A stretch of 64,000 nucleotides of DNA from the human T2T-CHM13v2.0 reference genome, Homo sapiens: the NCBI RefSeq assembly GCF_009914755.1, contig NC_060940.1; one strand, written 5' to 3'. The notes beneath the pieces are model-generated. The model did no database searches and was not told the origin of the DNA. It saw only the letters and a program-made list of their open reading frames with translations. Shown piece after piece: positions 16,138 through 29,399 of the stretch (its first letter is position 1; each line of letters begins with the position of its first letter). A program made the position numbers and the translations under genes.

Positions 16138-17630
16138 CTATTAAACAGCAACTTTGCATATGCCTCTCCTCAGCTTCTGGAAACCGTCATTCTACCTTCT
16201 GTTTTGATAAGTTTGATTACTTACTTACTTCACAGAAGTGGAATCATGCAGTATGTGTCCTTCTGTGACTGACTTATTTCACTTAGCATAATATCCTTCA
16301 GGTTCATCTATGTTATAGCATATGATAAGATTACTTTCTTTTTATGCCTGAATAATATTTCATTATATGTATACACCACATTTTAAAAATCTGTTCAACC
16401 ATCAGTGGACATTTAAGTTGTTTTCCCCTCTTAGTTATGAATAATGCTGCAATAAATACAATAGTGCAAGTATCTCTTGGAGATGCTGATTTCAATTTTT
16501 TGGGACAAATACTCAGAAGGGAGACCACTGAATCATATGGTTGTCCTATTTTTAATTATTTATGGAAACGATACCATTTTCAATAATATCTACATCATTT
16601 TATATTTCTACCAACAGTGCCCAAGGGTTCCAAGTTCTCCACATTGTTGCCAAAACTTGTTATTTTCTATTTTCTTTCATGATGCCATTTTAACATTTTG
16701 ATTTACTTTTTTATGATTAGTGATGTAGAGCAGTGTGTCCTCTTTGCAGAAATATCTGTTCAGGTCCTTTCTCCACTAATAATTCAAATTATTTATTTAT
16801 TTTTTGCTATTGAGTTGTAGAACTTCCTTATATATTTTGACTATTAACCCCTTATCAGGTATATAGCCTGCAGAAATTTTCTCGCACTTGATAGCTTATC
16901 TCTTTACTCTGTTGTTTGGTTAATTTGATGTAATCCTACTTGTTTATTTTTGGCTTTGTTGTCTGTGCTTTTAATGTCATATCCAAGAAATCTCTGGGAA
17001 AGCCAATGTCAAGAAACTTTTCCTTTATGTTTTCTTTTAGAAGCTTTATATTTTTAGGTCTTATATTTAAGCTTTTAATCTATTTTGAATTGATTTTTAT
17101 GTATGGTGTAAGATAGGGGTCCAATTTTATGCTTTGGCATGTGGTTATTCAGTTCCCCAGCACAATTTTTTGAAGATGTTATTCTTTTCCAATTGTTTAT
17201 TTTTGGCATCATTGTTAGACATCAATTGACCATAAATGTGTGGATTTATTTCTGTGCTCTTCATTCTGTTCTGTTGGTCTGTATGCTTGTCTTTATGCCA
17301 GTATCATAATGTTTTGATTACTGTAGCGTTGTAATATATTTTGAAACTAGGACATATGATGCTTCCAGCTTTATTTTTCTTGTTCAAAATTGCTTTGGCT
17401 TTTCAGAGTTTCCATATGAATACTAGGACTATTTTTGTATTCATTTAAAAATGCCAGTCAGATTTTGATAGAGTTTGCATTCAATATGTAGATAACTTTG
17501 AGCACTATGACATTTTTAAAAATACTATTTTTTCAGTTCATGAATACATGATATCTTTCCATTTATTTGTGTTTGCTTTAATTTTTTACATCAATGTTTT
17601 GTGGTTTTTAATCTTCAAGTCTTTCACTTC

Positions 17631-17921
<291 letters not shown>

Positions 17922-18734
17922 CTTTTCACTTCCTTGGTTAAATTTATTCCAAAGTATTTTATTCTTCTTGATGGTATTGTAAATGGTATTTTCTTAATTT
18001 CCTTTGCAGATAGTTAATTGATAGTGTGTAGAAATGTAACTAATTTTTGTATGTTGATTTTTTTTTTATCCTGCAACTTTTCTAAATTCTTTTATTTTTT
18101 CCAACTTTTTTTTGCTTGTGTCTTCAGGGTTTTCTACATATAAGGAAATGTCATATGAAGAAGTAATATTACTTCTTCCTTTCTGATTTAGGTGCCCCTT
18201 AATAATTTTTATTATCTTATTGTGCTGGCTAGCACTTCCAGTACTATGTTGACCAGAAGTGGTGAGAATGCTCATCCTTGCCTTGTTTCAGAACTTAATA
18301 AAGGAAAAATTTTCAGTTTTTCACCACTGAGTATATTAGCTGTGGGCCTTTGATACATGGCCTTTATTATGTTGAGGGAAGTTCCTTCTATACCTAATTT
18401 TTTGAGAATTTTTGTGGTGAAAAGGTGTTGAATTTTGTCAAATGCTTTTTCTGCAGTTATTGAGATGCTCATGTGATTTTGATCTTTCATTTTCTTAATA
18501 TGGAGTATCATTTTGGTTGATTTGAATCCAGGGATAGATCCCACTTGATCATGGTATATGACATTTTTAATGTACCTGTCCGATTTGCTTTGCTAACATT
18601 TTGTTGAGAATTTTTGCATCTATGTTCATCAAGGATATTGGTCTGTAGTTTCCTTTTCATGTGTTGTCTTTGTCTGATTTTGACATCAGGGTGATGCTGG
18701 CCTCATAAAATGAGTTTGAAAGTTTTCTCCCTTC

Positions 18735-19031
18735 AGACCATGTGTTGTGACTCACACCTGTAATCCTAGCACTTTGGGAGGCCACGGCAGGTAGATCACG
18801 TGACGTCAGGAGTTCTAGACCAGCCTGACCAACATGGTGAAAACCCGTTTCTACTGAAAATACAAAAATTAGCTGGGCATTGTGGTGCATACCTGTAGTC
18901 CCAGCTTCTTGGGAGGCTGAGGCAGGAGAATCGCTTGAACCCAGAGGCAGAGGTTGTAGTGAGCTGAGATGGTGCCACCACTGCATTCCAGCCTGGGTGA
19001 CAGAGCAAGACTCCTGTCTCAGAAAAAAAAA
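18735..19031 (+). mobile_element. Alu (AluS)
   Basis: Full dimer with A tail; degenerate TSD aagttttctccctt / aagtattccctctt. Confidence 0.96.
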
Positions 19032-21168
19032 GTATTCCCTCTTTTATCATTTTTTTTGAAGAGTTAAAAAAAAAGTTGGCATAATTTTTCTTCAAATGTT
19101 TGGTAGTATTCACCCATGAATTAGTCTGGAGTTTTTTGATTACTGATTTGATCTCTTTTTTTGTTATTGGCCTGATCAGGCTTTTGACTTCTTTATTTAA
19201 TCTTGATAGGCTGTATTTCTAGGAATGTACCCATTTCTTCTAGGTTGTCTCGTTTATTGGCAATTACGATCTTCCTTCTGCTGACTTTGGGCTTAGTTTG
19301 TCTTTTTTTCCTAGTTTTTTGAGGTGTAAAGCTAGTTTATTTGAGATCTTTTTTCTTTTTTTTTTTTTAATGGGCCTTTATTCCTATAATAGTCCCTCTT
19401 AGTACTGTGTTTGTTGTATCACTACATTTTGATAAGTTATGTTTTGTTTTTCTTTGTGCCAATATATTTTCCAATATATCTTTTGAATTCTTCTTTGACA
19501 GATTGGTTGTTTAAGAATATGTTGTTAGTTTATACATATTTGCGAATTTTCCCTTTTTAGTTCCATTATTAATTCTAGTTTCATTTTAGTGTGGTCAGAA
19601 CAATTACCTGTTATAATTTAATATGTTTTTAAATCTGTTAAGACTGGTTTGTGACCTAATGTGTGGTCTATGCTGGAGAATATTTGTGTGGCTTCAGAAG
19701 AATGTGTATTCTACTGCTGTTGGGTATAATGTTCTGTATTTATCTTCTAGGTCCATTTGGTCTGCAGTATTGTTAAAGTCCTCTATTTACTTATTGACCT
19801 CCTGTTTGGATAGTCTATTTATTACTAAAAGTAGAATACCAAAAATCTTCTGCTATTATTATGTTGCAGTCTACTTCTCCCTTTAGTTCTATCAATGTTT
19901 TCTTCATGTATTTGTATGTTCTGATGTTGGGTGCATGTATATTGACAATTGTTCTATTTTCCTGGTGAATTTGTCTTTTTATTGCTATATACTGACCTTC
20001 AGTTTTTTACTTAAAGTCTCTTCTGTCATATATAAGCATGCTCTCTTTTGGTTACCATTTTCATAGAATATCGTTTTTCATTCTTTCACTTTCAGTGTGC
20101 ATGTATCCTTAAATAGAAAGTGAGTTTCCTATAGAAAGCAGATACTTGGATTTTTAACATTATTCATTCAGCCATTCCGTGTCTTTTGATTGGGGTGATT
20201 AAAGCATTTACACTAAAAATAATGATTGATAGTGAAGGAGTTATGGTTACTATTTTGTTAATTGCTTTCTATTTGTCTTGTAGTTCTTTAGTTCCTCCTT
20301 TTCTCTCTTGCTCTCTTCTTTTGTGCTTCAATGATTTTTTGAAATAATGACATGCTCTTTTTAATATTTCTTTCTGACTTTATTTTGTGCATCTTCTATG
20401 CGTGTTTTCTTTGTAGTTACTGTGAGTCTTACATAAAGCATGTTGTGGTTATAACAATTTATGTTAAGCTGATAAGAATTTAACTTCAATTACATATATG
20501 AATTACATATTTTTATATTGTGAATTTATCATATTTTATAATTATAATTACTTTTTATACTTTTGTCCTTTAGCTTCTATATCATAATTAAAGGTGATTT
20601 GTACACCACTGTTAGAGTGTTATATTAATCTGCATTTGTTTTTATGTTTACCTTTATCAGCGAGTTTTATACTTTTATATGCTTTTGTGTTGCTGTTTAA
20701 AATCCTTTTGTTTCAACTTGAAGGACTCCCTTTAGCATTTCTTGTAAGGCAGGTTTATTGGTGATGAACTCCTTTATCTTTTGTTTATCTGGAAGTCTTT
20801 GTTTTATTTCATTTATGAAGGATAGTTTTGTTGGATATGATATTCTTCATTAGTAAGCAGTTTTTTGTTTGTTTGTTTGTTTTGTTCTTTTAGCACTTTG
20901 AGTATGTTATCCCATTCCCTTCTGGCCTGTAAGATTTATACAGAGTAATCCACTGGTAGTCTTATGAATGTTCCCTTGTATGTGATGAGTTGCTTTTCTC
21001 TTGCTTCTTTCAAAGTTCTATATTTGTCTTTTATTTTTTACAATTTGATTATAATGTATCCCATTGTGAATTTTTTTGGATTCACTGTAGCTGAAGGCTT
21101 TTGGGCTTCTTGAATCTTGATGTTCATTTTCTTCCCCAGATAAAAGAAGTTTTAGCTATTATTTCTTT

Positions 21169-21441
21169 TCCCTTTTTCTTTCTTTCTTTTTTAAATTTTA
21201 TTTTATTTTGAGACAGGATCTCAGTCTGTTGCCCAGGCAGGTGTGCAGTGGTGCAATCACAGCTCACTGCAGCTTCCACCTTTCAGACTATAAGCACCTG
21301 TCACCATGCCAAACTAATATTTGTACATTTTGTAGAGATGGGGTTTTGACATTGTTGCCCAGGCTGGTTTCAAACTCCTGGGCTCAAGCAATCTGCCTCC
21401 TGAAGTGCTGGGATTACAGGCATGACCCACTTGGCCTGGGC
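21169..21441 (-). mobile_element. AluJ with internal deletion
   Basis: AluJ diagnostics (cacagctcactgcagc, ctcctgggctcaagcaatc); part of right monomer missing; TSD attatttcttt. Confidence 0.92.
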
Positions 21442-22470
21442 AATCCATTATTTCTTTAAATAAGCTTTCTGCCCTCTTCTCTTTTCCTTCCTCTCCTTGG
21501 ATTCCCACAATATATATTTGGTTTGCTTAATGGTGTACTCTAAGTCCCTTGGAATTTCAATTTTTTATTCTTTTTTTGTTCCTCTGACTGGATTATTTCC
21601 AATTGCTTGCCTTTGAGTTAGCTGATTCTTTCTTCTGTTTGATTAAGTCTTCTGTTGAATTCCTGTAGTGAATTTTTCCATATAGTAATTGTATTCTTCA
21701 GCTCCAAAATTTGTTTTGTCCTTTTTTAATATTTTCTGTCTCTTTGTTAATATTCTCATTTTGTTCATGTATCATTTTCTTGGTTCATAAAATACTCTAT
21801 AGTGCTTATTTTGAAATATTTCTCAGGGTATTCACTTATCTCCATTTCTTCGGGATTGATTTCTGGAGATTTGTTTTTTTCTCCTTTGGACCATGTTTCA
21901 CTGTTTCTTCAGGTGTTTTGTAAATTTATATTAAAATTCACACATTTGAAAGAAACAGCAACCTCTCCAGTCTTTACAGACTAGCTTTGTGCAGGGAAGA
22001 CCCTCATCACCCAGCCTGGCTAAAAAATTCTTGGGGCCTCTGAAGCCTTTTGTTTTATAGGAGGATGATATGACTTCTCTGGGCCTGTGTGTGCAATTCC
22101 TCAATTAGAGAGGCTTCCTGTTTTTTTTTTGTTTTTTGTTTGTTTGTTTTTTCAGGAACTCATAATTTCTTGCTTTCTCTGGTGTCTGTGCAATACTGCA
22201 AGTTATTTGATTCTTTAATTCTATAGCAGCATGCCTCCTTGCTCTTCCTTATTCTAGTGGCCACCAGATATCTGAAGTATGCTGGCTCTCTGTCAGCACC
22301 CCAAAATCAGGTAAGACAGAAACCAGTTCCTTGGGCAGACCTCAAAAAAGCTGGAATGTTGGATGTATGTGCTACCTTTCTTTTTTTTCCCTCGAGGGAG
22401 AAGTTACCAGTCAGGGCATTCTCTACCAGCACTGAGATTTGCTGGCTGGAGGGAAGGGCTAACCTGGTTA

Positions 22471-22824
<354 letters not shown>

Positions 22825-24309
22825 TTAGCCATTTAAATATATTTATTCTTGTCTTTTTGCTTGCCTAGGGTACTTCAGCTTCTTACCTGGATTCTAGAAT
22901 TCTCACAAAGGTATTTTGGTCTATGTATCATTGCTAAATTGTTTTTTCTGTGGGAAACAAGAGCTGAGACTTTCTTTTACACCATCTTAGACATCCTGGT
23001 TTTTTTTTTCCGGAGTTTCATTGATAGCAAAACTCTAGAACTTCAGGAAGAGACTATATGTAAAATAAGATTCCAGCATTTCTTCCAAATTACAGCTTTC
23101 TAAAACTTAAAAAAATAGGGAGAAACAATCATGACTAGAAGTTTCTTTTTTGCTTGATTTATTTATTTTCGAATCTCCCTTTAAGGAAAAATATGTATAC
23201 TGCCCATAATATTTTTCCAGTATGATAACACTGAAAACAATGACAATAAAAAGATAAAACAGGAGTTTCTTACACATTTTATAGTTCTTTTATGAGTTAT
23301 AGATCAAATACTTTTGTGAAGATCATACGAGGCATATTTCTTTGATATAAATATTTAAAACATAATCTTATTTTAAAAAGAAAAATTCTAGCCATAGCCA
23401 TAAATTATAATTACAATTAGTCCCTGACATAATTGATTATTGCTGGGTACACTAGTAAACTGAATTGTAACAGTGGATTTGTGGTTGATACCTCTAAAAT
23501 ATTTGCATAGTACAATTTTGAAAAATGATGAAATTATAGTTTTTTAAACAATAACTGCTTCAAAGATTTTTTTCAGGTACTCAAAATGCCATGGAACATG
23601 AGCCAAACAGACAAAACATGGGCAATTTTCACCCAGCAAAATTGAAAATAAAAGAGACAAGCATTTTCAGATGACCTGTCGTCAATCTGTGTTAACTTCC
23701 CATCAAATTCACAGGGGAACAAAAATGCCCTTTTGGTACTCTCCTTGACAAAGAAGCATCACTCTCTGACTTATGGGAAAGAATAAGTGCTCCTGAGAGC
23801 TGCTCCAGCCAGAGCTGGCTCTGAAGAGTTATAAGTCCATAAAAAATGTTTTCTTTAAGTGGCCTTCAGAACCCCAGACTTCACAACATCTCATTAGCTT
23901 TTGCTTTCAAGTGTTCTTAATTGATAGAATAAATTTTCTTTAGAAGCTACATTCAAATCTCCTTTTAATGCTTTTGTAAGTGATTATATTAATAATCAGG
24001 GAATGAAAATGATTTAAGGAGATGCCTGTTAAGTTTTTTCATATTTATTTTGTCTTATTTAGAATTTCTCTATATACATTTACTTTACAAGCTGACTAGA
24101 GCTAAGCTAGAATGCCAAAAATGTGATACAATATTATTCATTAAGTCCTTTTTTTGGCACTCTACTATTACCCATAGTACTTGCTTAGAACTAAAAAAGA
24201 TGAACACAACATGCAAAGTTCTTGCTTTCTAGGTCTCCCCAGTCTGGGTGAGGGGGACAATTAACCAAATAAAGTTTATTTCAGATAGTTGTTCATAGTT
24301 TTACTATAA

Positions 24310-24427
24310 TACAGTTTCCAGGAAGGCAGGACTTTTTTCTGTTAAATTCAATAATAGATTCCATATTTCCCAAACACTGCCTGGCGAGTAGTAGACACAG
24401 GACAAATATCTATCAAATGGGAATGAC
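24310..24427 (+). mobile_element. L2 3' end
   Basis: gaaggcaggactttt...acactgcctggcgagtagtagacac...aaatatct...gaatga. Confidence 0.65.
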
Positions 24428-24459
24428 TGTGATGTGATGGGAAATGACAAGAATGGAGA

Positions 24460-25690
24460 GGGCTATGCTGACATTGTGGTCATGGGAGTTCACTTCGAGA
24501 AAGTCACATCACATTTTGGCTGAGACCCGCAGGATCAGGCCAGTCGTGTGCTGGTCTAGACAGAGAGAACATCCTAGAGCATAGAGCTAGTGCAAAGACT
24601 TTAAGACAGAGCTGGGCTTGGTAAGTTCAAGGAGCAGAAATACCACTGTGTCAGGAACATCATGAGTGATCATTATCTGATAAGGAGAGATGTAAGCAGA
24701 GCCAGAGTGAAGTGTACTATCATATAGCAAATGTTTGGTTCTACTTTTATCTTTGGGTTATTGAAGGATTTTATGCAGGGAAGTAAGCAAATATGATTTG
24801 CTTTTTTTAAAAAAAATTATTTGGGGAAGCCCAGAGTAGGTTCTTTTTTTTATTTCAATGGGTTTTTGGGGAACAAGATGTGTTTGGTTACATGAACAAG
24901 TTCTTTAGCAATGAATTTCTGAAATTTTGCTGCGTTCATCACCTGAGCAGTGTACACTGTACCCAGTGTGTAGTCTTTTATCCCTCACACTCCTCCCACC
25001 CTTTTCTACAAGTCCCCAAAGTCCATTGTATCAACCTTATACCTTTGCTTCCTTATAGCTTAGCTCCCACTTATGAGTGAGAACATACGATGTTTGGTTT
25101 TCCATTCCTGAGTTACTTCACTTAGAATAATGGTCTCCAATTTCATTGAGGTTTCTGTGAATGCCTTTATTTCATTCCTTTTTATGGCTGATTGGTATTC
25201 CACAGTGTATATAGACCACATTTTCTTTATCCACTTGTTGATTGACGGGCATTTGGGATAGTTCCATATTTTTGCAATTGCAAATTGTGCTGCTATAAAA
25301 ATGTGTGTGCAGGTATCTTTTTTGTATAATGATTTCTTTTCCTCTGGGTAGATACCCAGGAGTGAGATTGCTGGATCAAATGGTAGATCCACTTTTAGTT
25401 CTTTAAAGAATCTCCACACCGTTTCCCATAGTGGTTGTACTAGTTTACATTCCCACCAACAGTGATTTGCTTTTTAATAACAGCCCTCTTCAGGGAGCAA
25501 GATTGGAAACAGGAACTACTGTGGTAGTCTTGTGAGAGAAGGTGAATTGCAGCAGAATAAAGATGGAAAGAATTCTATTCAGTATAATGGTAGATATAAT
25601 AGCACTTATTAATGGTATGAATGTGGATGATGGGAGAAAGCCAACTCCAAGATTACTTCTTTGGGTTTTATACTGATAGAAATTTTATTC
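24460..25690 (-). mobile_element. L2 fragment interrupted by an L1PB
   Basis: gtgcaaagac...gttcaaggagcag...attgaaggattttatgcaggg...tgatttgctttt, resuming at 25463. Confidence 0.6.
24844..25464 (-). mobile_element. L1PB 5'-truncated 3' end
   Basis: tatttcaatgggtttttggggaac...; ORF 25060-25419 is the L1 ORF2 C-terminus ([13 protein letters not shown]). Confidence 0.93.
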
Positions 25691-26209
25691 CTTTTCTGAG
25701 TTTATTTAGTTAGCAGGTAACACATTTTCCAAAAAGCCTTGTTAAGCAAATTATGAGTTTTTGAAAAAGGCAAGCAAAAAAATGTATTGCATAAGGAATG
25801 CTATTGCCTCTCCATGTCCTATGTATATTCAGGACTAATTTTTCTAGGAGATAGGAAAGATTGCTAATGGATTGAAGAGAAAATCTACGATTAGAGAGAC
25901 TTCAAAACCTGTGAGGAGGGCATGATCAAGAGGAAGATTGGAAGCAGAGAACTGTGTACCCCTCAAAGTAGTACACTCTATACTTTAAGGTGCATGTGGA
26001 CCATAAAACATCATTTATTCAAAATGCTAAAAGACTGAGCTTTTCTACATGGCAAATTGTCTGAAGAACTGAGGGTTTGCTTTTCAACGCACCTACTTTT
26101 AAATTTTAATCTTTCTACTTGGAAATTATCCTATGATATGTTCAATACACCTTGGCCTTCTAATTTGAATACAATTTAAACTTATCCTGAATAGCCAGGT
26201 AACTTTAAT

Positions 26210-26390
26210 GTAATAATAACTACCATTTATTGAGTGCTTATTGTATGCCAGGCACGGTATGAAACACTTTCACTTGGTCCTCTTTATAGCCCTCTGCAGT
26301 AATGGCTGTTATTATTCCCACTTTTTAAGATGAGGAAATTGTGGCTCAAGAAGTAGGTAACCTAAGTGATGTTATACAGCTAACCAATGA
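26210..26390 (-). mobile_element. MIR
   Basis: catttattgagtgcttattgtatgccaggcac...agatgaggaaattgtggctc. Confidence 0.8.
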
Positions 26391-26773
26391 CAATACATAG
26401 AATAAACAAAAAGTCTTAGTAGTTTTAGAAAATGTATAGAGTTTATTGAGTAAAGCATAAGTGATTACATATCTCTTTCTCTAACAATGAGAACTCAGTG
26501 ATATTATTATCAGTAATGTTCTATAAAATGAACACCTTTTTCCTTCCATTCCAAAAGAAGAGAGACTGTAATGGAATTACAGTGCCACTTCACAGACCAG
26601 AAGAACCTGATTATGCCAATAAGGACACAGACAATGAGGTCTCGATTTCGAAAGTAAGGAGTCTCTAGAATCACTCAGCTCAACTGGCATTTTGCAAAGT
26701 ACTTTTTTGTGAGGCAAAATTTGTTATAGGGAGCAATAATAAGAATTCATCTTATGCAACAACAAAATAAGTA

Positions 26774-26936
26774 TAATAATAAAAATTAAATTTAATAATA
26801 AAAAATTAAAATGAAAACTAAGAGGTGGAGGAAGAGAAAAAAGACAACAAGGGAAAGAAGAAGTAGAGAAAAAGGAGAAGAAGAAAAGGAACAGGAGGAG
26901 GAGGGCAGAAAGGGCAGGAGAAAGAGGAGGAAGAAA
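26774..26936. repeat. AT-rich then GA-rich low-complexity tract
   Basis: taataataaaaattaaa twice, then a purine run (gaagaagaaaaggaacaggaggaggag). Confidence 0.85.
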
Positions 26937-27609
26937 TCAATGACTAATGAAATCTATGAGGCAACCATCATGGTAAATACATTATGTACATCATCTCCTT
27001 TCAGGCTGACAATCACCTCATTTTTCACATGAAGTGACTGTACACAGGGGGGTTAGTAATGAGAAGAATCTCACTCAGTGAGTAAATAACATGTCTTGAA
27101 TCCAGGTCTTTCAGATTCAGAAGGCTGTGCTCTTACTAACATGTAAGGTCTATATAGGGAGCAAATGCATATAGAACAAAAAGTGACTTTATTATTAGCT
27201 GAATTAGAAAATTCTATGGGAATCCATTGTCTTCATTTTAGATTTTATTGCATATAAATAAGTATAATGCACTTTACTTTGTGTCTATTTTTAAGTAGGG
27301 TGTTATTAAAGTAGCCTCCAGTTAAAGACCTCCAGGAGTAAACATGTGTGCCTGCATGTACACACACACTCAGATAGTCATTTAGTTCCTATCAACTGTA
27401 AGTCAAGATTTTGACTCCCCAGAGTAGACTAAGCCAAGGGAAAACTGCATAGAGCACATAGCTGACGACTTTCTGAATGGTCTGCAAATCCCTTTAGAGC
27501 TTACACTTTTAAAACTTAATTTTAAATTCTCATTATATGGTTTTTACCCAGGAACCCCATCTGGATTTCAAAGGTGTGTTTTTATATAGAAACATCGTGG
27601 AAAAAAGAA

Positions 27610-28076
27610 GAGTCTTAGATTTAGTTGCCCTAGAATTAGACACTGAGATAAGGGGATGAGTGCAAGTAATTTGTCTTGGGGGTGACCCTGGGAAGCAGAT
27701 TATGGAAGGAGAGCAGTGAGGTATGGAAGAAACGGGACCAATAAAAACACATTATTGAGCCAACTACTGCTTTGAACAATCAAGGCTCAATTCCACGGAG
27801 AAATTTTGAGAGACAGATCAAAATCCATTTCAGAATTATCCTCACTGAGGTACCAAGGAGTTGGACTATTTGTCCAGCAACTTGTATCAGCTATTGATGG
27901 AGGGCCAGTCCCCAGGGGCATTAACCTCAGGCCTTGGGCCTGCTCTGCATTTGTGAGACGAGCAAACTCCCACGACTAAAGTCCTCTTGGGAAGAGTCAT
28001 AGCTGCACATGAGCATGCAAGGGAATGAGAAGTGCGGAGGAGATACAGGGAAGGACACCAACAGTGTCAGTGACAC
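27610..28076 (-). mobile_element. LTR16C-like ERV-L solo LTR
   Basis: ctgagataagggg atgagtgcaagtaatttg..tgggggtgaccctgggaagca...gctcaattccac...agaattatcc...ggagttggactattt. Confidence 0.75.
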
Positions 28077-28337
28077 ATGCATCCTCACCCAAACAGAGGT
28101 AGCCCACCATAGGCTCCGGTTTCCAGGAAATGATTCATCTCTCTTCTGCGTAATCACATCCTCTCCTCCCTTCAGAGCATCACAGTTTTCACAAATGCTC
28201 TCCCATATTTTTCTGTCTTCTATGAAGCAGCCATGCAATATGAGATTACCTGAGTCAATACTAATTGCTATTTTAATGTGGTTTAATCATCAAATCAAAT
28301 ACTATTGACCAAAAATAAAATATATACTATTATAATT

Positions 28338-28920
<583 letters not shown>

Positions 28921-29399
28921 TTAAGTCATGACGGAAGAGTTTTAGTACTATTGGTGAAAATGGTGTTAAGAGAGAGCATTATGGGCTGGGTGTATGCAGT
29001 GACGGAAGTCACAGAAATAGGAATGGCATGTCTTAACTTTGTTTTCATTCAAACTGGAGCACACCCCATCTCTCCTAATTGTGCAAGTTTGAGTTCATTT
29101 TGTTTTATAGAAGATACTGGACCATTGAAGCTCACATCATTGAGTAGGGGTCCCCCTTCAAGTGTCCAGCGTGTACTGGTGTTTGGGTAAGAGTGATCGA
29201 TGATCTTAATATATTATTTATTTTGAATACAGACTAATTAGAGTGAGTTTTGGAAGACCTACAATGTTCTCTTTTCTAGTGAAAGAGCAGTTTAGACTGC
29301 ATTGGGTCAGGAGAGTCTAGGCTTTTATTTCAGTGTAAAGGGAAGGTGGAAATTTAGGGTGAGTTGCCCTTATCAAAGATCATTTTGGGATTTTTATGT

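Noticed and set aside
26811-27032. Lys/Arg/Glu-rich ORF
   Set aside because: Translation of a GA-rich low-complexity tract
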